From positions 346,907 through 410,906 of the forward strand of contig CAYHXX010000001.1 in assembly GCA_964360785.1 (NCBI GenBank): DNA of 64,000 nucleotides. The letters are read 5' to 3'. The notes beneath the pieces were generated by a model. That model ran no database searches. It worked only from the letters and a program-made list of their open reading frames with translations, and was not told the DNA's origin. Positions 55,160-64,000 of this stretch are shown here, piece by piece. Within the stretch, counting starts at the first letter, position 1. Every line of letters starts with the position of its first letter. The position numbers were made by a program, and so were the translations under genes. This DNA is from an uncultured Gammaproteobacteria bacterium. Its GTDB lineage: Bacteria; Patescibacteriota; Microgenomatia; Woykebacterales; RBG-16-39-9b.

Positions 55160-56024
55160 GTTCCCCTCTGATCCTTCCTTTGAGAGTTCTTAGCTCCTTC
55201 AATGCTAGTTTGGCCTCATCTGGTTTTGGTGGTTTGCCGTGCCAACTGTATTCAAACTCCATAAAGTCCACACCTTTTCCAGGAATAGTGTGGGCGATGA
55301 TCATGACTGGTTTTTCGTAAATTGTCTTGGCCATATTGCAGGCATCAATGATAGATTCAATATTGTGGCCATCGACTTCGAGCACGTGCCAGTTGAAAGC
55401 TTCATACTTTTCCTTGATCGGCTCAAGCGGCATGATATCCTCGGTCATACCATCAATCTGAATATTATTTCGATCCATGATCGCCGTGATATTGTTTATC
55501 TTGTTTTTGCCAGCAAAAAGTACTGCCTCCCAGACTTGCCCCTCGTCGTGCTCCCCATCACTCATCAGACAATAAATTTGATGTTTCTCATCATTCATTT
55601 TGGCAGAAAGTGCCATTCCAATTGCTTGTGAGAGACCCTGTCCCAAAGGACCACCAGTATTTTCTATCCCCGGAAGGGAACCAAAATGGGGGTGTCCCTG
55701 CAAACGAGAATTAAGTTTTCTAAGTGTGAAAATTTCTTCTTTAGGAAAATATCCAGCATGCGCCAATGTAACATACCAAACCGGAGCGATATGACCATTG
55801 GAAAGTAGGACTCGGTCACGGTCTTTCCACTTTGGATTTTCAGGATCGTGGTTGAGAACGTAAAAGTAAAGCGCGGTGAAGACATCAGCCATTCCCAATG
55901 GCCCAGCCGAATGCCCACTACCGGCCTCCACCAAGGCTTTGATGATGTCCTGCCGAATATCATCAGCTATTTGGTTGAGTTTTTGCAGCGTTTCTTGATT
56001 AAAAAACTCTTTTTGTCTTTCCAT
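55152..56024 (-). CDS. Transketolase N-terminal subunit (TPP-binding)
   Basis: GHSAGPLGMAD and GDGEHDEGQVWEA TPP-binding motifs. Confidence 0.85.
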   Translation of the reverse strand: MERQKEFFNQETLQKLNQIADDIRQDIIKALVEAGSGHSAGPLGMADVFTALYFYVLNHDPENPKWKDRDRVLLSNGHIAPVWYVTLAHAGYFPKEEIFTLRKLNSRLQGHPHFGSLPGIENTGGPLGQGLSQAIGMALSAKMNDEKHQIYCLMSDGEHDEGQVWEAVLFAGKNKINNITAIMDRNNIQIDGMTEDIMPLEPIKEKYEAFNWHVLEVDGHNIESIIDACNMAKTIYEKPVMIIAHTIPGKGVDFMEFEYSWHGKPPKPDEAKLALKELRTLKGRIRGEHE

Positions 56025-56054
56025 AGGGCAGTCCGCCAGTTGGCGGATTGAATT

Positions 56055-56489
56055 TTACTCTACAACTATTGTACCTCCTGCTGAAGCATTAAGGTGATCA
56101 TGATATTCCCAGGTACCTTTTTTTGTCACTGTGAATGACTTTGACTCACCAGCTCCAACTAATCCTAGATTCAGCTCCGTATTGTCCGTGTGAGCTGGAT
56201 GAGGATTACTGTCAAACTGGATCGTTCTACTAGAGTTGTTCTTAACAGTAACACTACCTCCAGAGATAACTTTGACACTAGACGGTGAAAAGCCACTGTC
56301 AGTATAGATAATTGTCACACTACTAGTTGCTGTTGTGGTATCTGTGGTTGTACTAGTTGAACTATTTGTTGAGTTCTCAGTATTTTGTTTTGAGGTTGTG
56401 TTGTTGTCCTTTTTGGAATTGTTTACAAATAAAAACGCTGCGCCTGCAACTACTGCAACAATAACAACACCAATTATTAAAGTCCGCAT
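56055..56489 (-). CDS. Secreted cupredoxin-fold-like protein (no Cys ligand), hypothetical
   Basis: N-terminal TM/signal, Ser/Thr-rich linker and a beta-sandwich-like C-domain (FSPSSVKVISGGSVTVKN...WEYHDHLN). Confidence 0.3.
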   Translation of the reverse strand: MRTLIIGVVIVAVVAGAAFLFVNNSKKDNNTTSKQNTENSTNSSTSTTTDTTTATSSVTIIYTDSGFSPSSVKVISGGSVTVKNNSSRTIQFDSNPHPAHTDNTELNLGLVGAGESKSFTVTKKGTWEYHDHLNASAGGTIVVE

Positions 56490-56504
56490 TCTTTTACCTC
56501 CTTT

Positions 56505-57180
56505 TTAGGCATTATTTTCTGGTATGACGTCTGCGACTGATTCCCTCAGGGTTTCGATCGCATTTCGAACCTTTTCGTTATAACTTGATCCTTCCATTTT
56601 ATCATTGTTAAAAACATAACTCCCTGATGCAAGAATTGTCGCTCCTGCTTCGGCGCATTTTCGCGCAGTGTCTGGCTCAATACCACCATCGATTTCAATC
56701 GGCAAATCAGGGCGCATGCTCCGCAATTGTCGGATCTTGTCGATAACAACATGGGCAAAATGCTGTCCAGAAAAACCTGGGTTCACAGCTAAAAGCAGGG
56801 CGATATCGATCTTGTCTACCAAATGCTGCAAACGCTCGGTACTAGTGTGCGGATCAAGGGAGAATCCAAATGCTATCTGGTGGGCTCTCATGTGATTGAC
56901 CAAACCAATCGGATCACGAGCAGATTCTATTGGGAAGATGATTCTTTCTGGCTTTAGCTCTACAAAACTATCAAGCCAGTTTTCAATGTGCTCAACCATT
57001 AATTGAATCTCGAGTTTGAGGTTAGTTCGTATCGAACCAACAACCTTGGCATCAATTGTCTGATTTCGTGCATAAATATTGTCAACAATATCAATTTGGA
57101 CCCACTCAGTATAGGGTTCGACTGCTTTTAGCTTGCGGTGATAGTCTGAAGGTGTTTTCGCTAGTATTGCCGGTAGAATC

Positions 57181-57206
<26 letters not shown>
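56505..57206 (-). CDS. rpe: Ribulose-phosphate 3-epimerase
   Basis: QIDIVDNIY, QLMVEH, VNPGFSGQ and IDGGI align with the Rpe motifs. Confidence 0.7.
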
Positions 57207-58754
<1,548 letters not shown>

Positions 58755-58783
58755 TCAGTCTCTGACCGTCTTCAAAAATTATA

Positions 58784-59164
58784 TCAGCTTTGGGAATTCA
58801 TTGCTGAACCAAGTATTACCTCAACTAGCTTTGGTAACCTTGGATTGAGGCCATAATAGACTACTTTGCCTTTTCTCTTGAAGACAACCAGATTTTCTTT
58901 TCGTAAAATTTGAAGTTGGTGGGATATGGCCGAAATATCAAGCCTGAGCACATCGGCGATATCGCCTACACAAATACTACTTTTTAGCGCTAACAGAGCT
59001 AATATTTGCATTCTTGTATCTTTAGACAGTAACTCAACCAAATGCTGCTCTTTTCGAATTCCTGGATTTTGAAAGATTTGTTTTTGCAACTCCCGCAGCA
59101 TGGTAGGAGAGTAACTATGTTTTTTCGTCCAGAAAACATTTTCTGGCTTTGAAATTCTTCGCAT
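58784..59164 (-). CDS. ArsR/SmtB-family transcriptional regulator
   Basis: HTH CVGDIADVLRLDISAISHQLQILR. Confidence 0.65.
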   Translation of the reverse strand: MRRISKPENVFWTKKHSYSPTMLRELQKQIFQNPGIRKEQHLVELLSKDTRMQILALLALKSSICVGDIADVLRLDISAISHQLQILRKENLVVFKRKGKVVYYGLNPRLPKLVEVILGSAMNSQS

Positions 59165-59239
59165 GTTCTTTAGTTACTTGAATATCTATTCAAATGATAG
59201 CAGGTGAGTGTAGGGGATTCAATATGAAGTTTGGTTTTT

Positions 59240-60277
59240 CTAAAAAGCTTTTGGTAGTAGGAGCATTACTTTGGTCAAACGCTCAATTGTGAGTAGGGAG
59301 GTGTCAACTTCCTTGACCTCTCCCCCAAGAGCGTTTAGAAGGTCTTGGGTAGATGGTTTTTCACCCGAAGTAAGCAACAGATATAATTCGACTGGATTGT
59401 TTATCTTTTTTGCTCCTTTTGGTTCGGAAAGTTCAAACTTCTGATTTTGTGAATTTATTTTGTAATCAAGACTAAGCTTTGTTTGAGATTTATCCACCGC
59501 TTCTAGCTTCAATTCTGAGAGAAAGTAGCTATCCTTTTCAATCAAAAGTGTTACTTCTGAATCTTTGTCTTTCAAATTTGGAAAGAAAATCTTCGTCAGG
59601 TAATCCCCTTTTAATTTTGTTTCGATTTCAAAATAGGTTTTCTTGTCCCTTGATATTTCTTTCCGTTTCAAATCCTGGCTTAGGGATTGATCAAAATAAG
59701 CTTGAAGCTCTTTACTGATGTCTTTTGTGATCTCACTCTCCCCTCTCAGATCCACTTTGAGATCCTTTTCCATTTCAACAGAATCAAGCTGATACCACCC
59801 CTTTAAATTGCTTGTAGTAAAGCCTTGGAGATTTACACCTTTGCTGACCTTGAAAAAAATATTTTTGCCAGAGGCAGCCGTCTCAAAGTCAAAGGTAGCA
59901 GAAATTGGAAAAAGTATCTGACCTTTTGTTGTCAGTTGACTCTGTGACTGCTCTGTACCTGGATTCAGAACCGAACCAACCATCTTTATATCCACAAATT
60001 TTAACTTTTCGGTTCCAACTTTTAATTCCGAATCTATTTTATAGGAAGTCAGGTTTTTATTAACAGCTGTGGCACGAACCAAGATTTGTCTTGAAGTTTT
60101 CGGTGTAAATGGAACCTGAGCAAAGAGGTTGTCCAGGAAGTAAACTACTCTTTTATCCAGGTACTTTGTAGAAATATCGGAATAGGAAATTGAGCAAAGA
60201 AGCAGCCCCAATACCAAAATTACAAGTAGTCCTAGTACAGTTTTGTTCTTATATTTATTTATTTCTCTTTTCGCCAT
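59240..60277 (-). CDS. N-terminally anchored extracytoplasmic protein, hypothetical
   Basis: Signal/TM anchor then a beta-rich soluble domain. Confidence 0.4.
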   Translation of the reverse strand: MAKREINKYKNKTVLGLLVILVLGLLLCSISYSDISTKYLDKRVVYFLDNLFAQVPFTPKTSRQILVRATAVNKNLTSYKIDSELKVGTEKLKFVDIKMVGSVLNPGTEQSQSQLTTKGQILFPISATFDFETAASGKNIFFKVSKGVNLQGFTTSNLKGWYQLDSVEMEKDLKVDLRGESEITKDISKELQAYFDQSLSQDLKRKEISRDKKTYFEIETKLKGDYLTKIFFPNLKDKDSEVTLLIEKDSYFLSELKLEAVDKSQTKLSLDYKINSQNQKFELSEPKGAKKINNPVELYLLLTSGEKPSTQDLLNALGGEVKEVDTSLLTIERLTKVMLLLPKAF

Positions 60278-60336
60278 TGTGATTTGTTACTGTAATCTAA
60301 AGCTTAGGTTGATATAATGATGGTACACCTGCTCGA

Positions 60337-61746
60337 ATGGATAAAATAAGTTTGCTTCTAAAATTTGCCTTTGCTTCTTTCTTTGTTGGTACAGTTTCCA
60401 TCTGGATTTCAATTTTTGTCTTTGGCAGTGATCTTTCCACCCTAGCAAAACTAATTCTAGTATTAACCAATCTAATATTTATAATCTTAGTTCTTTACTT
60501 AGCTGCCAAGACACGCGAAGGCTTACATTATTTTATATCTGTTTCAAATCTTATTGCTAGTGGTGATCTCGACCGGGAAATTGATCGAAAACTTACCTCC
60601 GAGTTTGGTCAAACTGTACAAGCGCTTGAGAAAATGCGCACTTCATTGCGTGAGCGGATCAATGACCTTGAGCAACGTAAAGATCGAGCGGAAGCAGTTG
60701 TCTTTAATGTCGGAGAAGGGGTATTTGCTGTCAATCTCAAGGGCGAAGTTATCATCTTCAACCAAGTCGCTGAGAAAATAGTTGGGCTAAAGAAAGAGCT
60801 GGTGGTTGGTCAAAAATACGAACAATTACTTCAGTTTTTCAATTCCAAAACAAAAGAGAGTTATGGATCGTTTATCAACAAAGTCTTGCTCGAAGGAAAA
60901 TCTGTGAGTTTGCCAGCGGACACTGTGCTAATAACCTCCAGCAAAGCAGAAATACCAGTAGCTGTAAACTCTTCGCCGATTAAAAATCAAAAAGGAATAA
61001 TTGTCGGCGGGATAGTTGTCTTTCGAGATATTACACATGAACGAGAGATTGAAGAGATCCGTACTGACCTTATTTCTATTGCCTCTCATCAACTACGCAC
61101 ACCACTCTCTGAAATCAAAGGCTTAGTCTCTCTACTTGATGATAATATCGCCGGTCCCCTAAATCCCAAACAAAAAGAGTACATCGAATTACTTAGTGTT
61201 GCTAACGAACGCATGATCAACCTTGTTAATGACCTTCTTAATATTTCGCGAATTGAGCAAGGTAGGCTACAATTAAACTTTCAGAAAGTAAGTTTAGGGA
61301 CACTGACCGCTGAAATCTGCAAAGGACTTATGGTAAATACCAAGCAGAGAAAACAAAACCTAGAAATTTTTATTGATCAAAATCTTCCTTATGTTGTCGC
61401 CGACCCAGAAAAGACTAAAGAAATTATTAGTAATTTAGTTGATAACGCCTTGAAATACACCCCCAATGGCGGTACAATTCAAGTTAGAGCTAGCGCAAAC
61501 TCTTCTGGCTGTTGGGTACTTGTCAAAGATAGCGGGGTTGGTATTCCAAAAGCAAAACAAAAAGAGCTGTTTCAGAAATTTTCTCGGATCGAAAACCCGC
61601 TCAGCCAAAAAACAACCGGTAGCGGTCTGGGACTATACGCGGTAAAACAATTAGTTGAGAAACAGAACGGTCATGTCTGGGTGGAATCAGAAGAAGGAAA
61701 GGGTAGTACTTTTGGGTTCGTGCTTCCAATAGCGAAGGATAAATAA
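60337..61746 (+). CDS. Sensor histidine kinase (TM-HAMP-like-PAS-HisKA-HATPase)
   Basis: H-box ISIASHQLRTPLSEIKG and HATPase_c motifs. Confidence 0.8.
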   Translation: MDKISLLLKFAFASFFVGTVSIWISIFVFGSDLSTLAKLILVLTNLIFIILVLYLAAKTREGLHYFISVSNLIASGDLDREIDRKLTSEFGQTVQALEKMRTSLRERINDLEQRKDRAEAVVFNVGEGVFAVNLKGEVIIFNQVAEKIVGLKKELVVGQKYEQLLQFFNSKTKESYGSFINKVLLEGKSVSLPADTVLITSSKAEIPVAVNSSPIKNQKGIIVGGIVVFRDITHEREIEEIRTDLISIASHQLRTPLSEIKGLVSLLDDNIAGPLNPKQKEYIELLSVANERMINLVNDLLNISRIEQGRLQLNFQKVSLGTLTAEICKGLMVNTKQRKQNLEIFIDQNLPYVVADPEKTKEIISNLVDNALKYTPNGGTIQVRASANSSGCWVLVKDSGVGIPKAKQKELFQKFSRIENPLSQKTTGSGLGLYAVKQLVEKQNGHVWVESEEGKGSTFGFVLPIAKDK

Positions 61747-62316
61747 ATGAAAAAAATACTTATTGTCGATGACGAAGAAATCTTAAGAAAAATCTATTCC
61801 GACCGATTAACTTTTGAGGGTTTTACTGTCGAAACAGCCGCAGATGGTGAAGAAGCAATAGCTAAAATACGTACCTCACCTCCAAACCTAATACTTCTTG
61901 ATATATTGATGCCAAAGCTCAACGGATTGCAAGTTCTTGAGCAGCTCAATACAGACTCCACCCTAAAAGCAATTCCAGTCATCGTTCTCTCAAATGTTGC
62001 CAATGATGACAATATCAAGAAGGCCCTTGTTCTCGGTGCCAAAGACTACTTACTTAAAACCAACTTCTCACCGAACGAGATCATCAACAAAATAAAAACT
62101 CTGATCGATACCACGCTTGAGAAAAGCTACCGAATCTCCCCTCGGGATGGTTATGGAGATGTCATCAAAATCTCACAAGACTTCCCGTTTATCAATTTGT
62201 ACAAGTGCCCTAGTTGTGGTGGAATTCTGGTTTTTGAACTGAAGCCAACCAAGAATCCTGATGATCATCAATTTATCACCAGCGTAGTTTGCGATACCTG
62301 TAAAAAACGGGTTTAA
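61747..62316 (+). CDS. Response regulator receiver protein with C-terminal zinc-ribbon
   Basis: Receiver motifs (DDEE, LLDILMP, ...K). C-terminal CPSCGG...CDTCKK. Confidence 0.7.
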   Translation: MKKILIVDDEEILRKIYSDRLTFEGFTVETAADGEEAIAKIRTSPPNLILLDILMPKLNGLQVLEQLNTDSTLKAIPVIVLSNVANDDNIKKALVLGAKDYLLKTNFSPNEIINKIKTLIDTTLEKSYRISPRDGYGDVIKISQDFPFINLYKCPSCGGILVFELKPTKNPDDHQFITSVVCDTCKKRV

Positions 62317-62522
62317 TTTTTCCTACCCCATCTAACCTTATCCCAAATCCGTTCATGACTGTAGTATAGGAAAAACGATACAACAACCTTAATCAAGGCT
62401 AATTTTGTTGCTAAAGTATAACTTCCAAGAATTAGATAAGCAATGGAAAAGTCGGCAACAAAAACAATTAAACGCCAAAAAAGTGCTTTAACAACTGATC
62501 TAGTTCTTGTTTCTTTAAACAT
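62313..62522 (-). CDS. DUF2061-like small membrane protein
   Basis: 69 aa with 2 TM helices. TRSVVKALFWR pattern. Confidence 0.4.
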   Translation of the reverse strand: MFKETRTRSVVKALFWRLIVFVADFSIAYLILGSYTLATKLALIKVVVSFFLYYSHERIWDKVRWGRKN

Positions 62523-62526
62523 AAAA

Positions 62527-63810
62527 TTATTTGGGGTACCCTGTCAAAACCAGCATCAAATCTGCAACATTTGACTCAAGCAATCCGGTATCTATCCCTT
62601 CCCCGACCTGTTTAAAAAAGAAATAGGAGTTGTTATTTTCCAAATAATCTTTTGGATCCAATTTCATCTCTTTTGCTTTTTTTAATGTATAGGTATCACA
62701 AATAGCCCCAGCAAAATCTGAATGGTCATGACCATCACTACCCACCGCAACCAAAATCTGGTCTTCTTTTACATTTTTGAGATTTGCCAAAACCATTTCC
62801 TGGTTTCTCCCACCAATACCACTACCAACCACTTCGACGGTAGTTTCTCCGGCAGCAATTAAGGCTTCACCTTTTTTGCCTTCTTTGAGAAGTTTCTTGC
62901 CAACTTCCCGCGCGTCGCCTTTCAGATTGTTGGCATAAACCCTTATCGAATACCCTAGTGCTCGGGCTGCCTCTTCCATTGCTGTTGTAGCAACCTGGTT
63001 ATCCATAATCAAGAAATTTTCTACTTTCTGAAAATACTTCTGGTCTTTTGGCGATTCGGTCAGCTCCAAGCCAGAGAAAACTACTTGATCTAAAACATGG
63101 AATTTTCGAAGTACCGCTTTTGCCTCCTCAACCGTTGTGTGATCCAAAACCGTCGGTCCTGAAGCAATTGTACTAAAGTCATTTCCGATCACATCTGAAA
63201 AAACCAAAGTTGCGACGGTGGATGGATAAGCCAGCTCTGCAAGCCTACCACCTTTGATTTCAGAGAGGTGTTTCCTCACTATATTTAGTTCTTGAATATT
63301 GGCACCATTGTTCATCAAGGTATCGGCAATTAGTGCTTTGTCTTGGTAGGTTATCTTGTATGGGGAGGTTAGCATTGCCGATCCTCCTCCGGAGATGACT
63401 ACAATTATCAGATCATCTTCTTGTGCCTTCTTTACTAGATCGCTGACTTTTTTTGTTGCTTCCACGTTGTTTAGAGAGGGTTGTGGGTGGGTACATTGAT
63501 AGGTCTCTAATCCTGGGATCTTTTCTGATTTTAGGGAGAGAACAACCCCACCATCCAATCTGTCCTTAAGCACTTCTTTGATTTCTCCCGAGGCAGCGAA
63601 AGAATCTTTTCCAAAAGCCACCAAGAAAATCTTCCGATATTTTGAGAGGTCGTACGGTTTCTCTTTGATAAACAAGAAGTTATCTCTTAGTTTGAAGTTT
63701 CGTTTGATTGTTTGACGTGTGTCAATCGCCTCAAGGCCTCTTTCTATTATCTTTAGAGCACTGTCACGGAGTGGGTTTATAGCTAGTAAGTCACAGTTTC
63801 GAATAATCAT
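62527..63810 (-). CDS. Glycerate kinase, MOFRL family (DUF4147)
   Basis: About 430 aa. VISGGGSAMLTSP loop typical of MOFRL glycerate 2-kinases. Confidence 0.6.
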   Translation of the reverse strand: MIIRNCDLLAINPLRDSALKIIERGLEAIDTRQTIKRNFKLRDNFLFIKEKPYDLSKYRKIFLVAFGKDSFAASGEIKEVLKDRLDGGVVLSLKSEKIPGLETYQCTHPQPSLNNVEATKKVSDLVKKAQEDDLIIVVISGGGSAMLTSPYKITYQDKALIADTLMNNGANIQELNIVRKHLSEIKGGRLAELAYPSTVATLVFSDVIGNDFSTIASGPTVLDHTTVEEAKAVLRKFHVLDQVVFSGLELTESPKDQKYFQKVENFLIMDNQVATTAMEEAARALGYSIRVYANNLKGDAREVGKKLLKEGKKGEALIAAGETTVEVVGSGIGGRNQEMVLANLKNVKEDQILVAVGSDGHDHSDFAGAICDTYTLKKAKEMKLDPKDYLENNNSYFFFKQVGEGIDTGLLESNVADLMLVLTGYPK

Positions 63811-64000
63811 AAGGAAAATTTACTTTTTTTGATAACTTTTGGTAAAAGTATTCTAGCTACTGCCACTTAAAAGTTCTAGCTGCTAAGAAATAAGCGATCA
63901 CACCCCAAACTAAAAGAGCAAGGATTTGTGTACGTATATCAACAAAACTTGCTCCTTCAGTAGCTACTTTTCTGATTGCGTCGTTGAGAAATGTCAGTGG

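Overview
This 64 kb window is AT-rich (about 40% GC) and gene-dense, with short intergenic gaps and many small membrane or secreted proteins. The gene repertoire suggests a reduced-genome bacterium, possibly of the Candidate Phyla Radiation (Patescibacteria): pyruvoyl-dependent arginine decarboxylase PdaD, class I LysRS, VKOR-thioredoxin plus CcdA, split transketolase, class II B12-dependent RNR with NrdR, and lamin-tail and dockerin-domain surface proteins. Housekeeping genes include SerS, GreA, UppP, UppS, PyrD, GapA, Fba, Rpe, RpiB, TrxB, phosphoglucomutase and polyprenyl synthase, plus two sensor kinase systems and HicAB and VapBC toxin-antitoxin pairs. The most striking feature is a roughly 6.5 kb integrated element (26278-32797) inserted at the 3' end of a tRNA-Glu(UUC) gene and bounded by a 17-bp direct repeat. 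It carries a large serine recombinase, a replication-relaxation-like protein, an XRE repressor, a 55-bp palindrome with AT-rich iterons, and a strongly GC-rich (about 57%) two-gene cargo. That cargo is an unknown 230-aa protein with a RAMP-like glycine-rich loop and an XPD/DinG-family Fe-S helicase, separated by a structured GC-rich intergenic RNA ending in an intrinsic terminator. No known defence or replication system is recognised in it. Other points of interest are a candidate cobalamin riboswitch upstream of a DUF4430/ECF-S/DUF4342 B12-uptake-like operon near the B12-dependent NrdJ, a paralogous family of N-terminally anchored proteins with identical leaderless promoter architecture, a Lon AAA+ module without protease domain, several GC-rich horizontally acquired islands, and an RpiB gene that apparently starts at CTG. 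No CRISPR array or rRNA gene is present.
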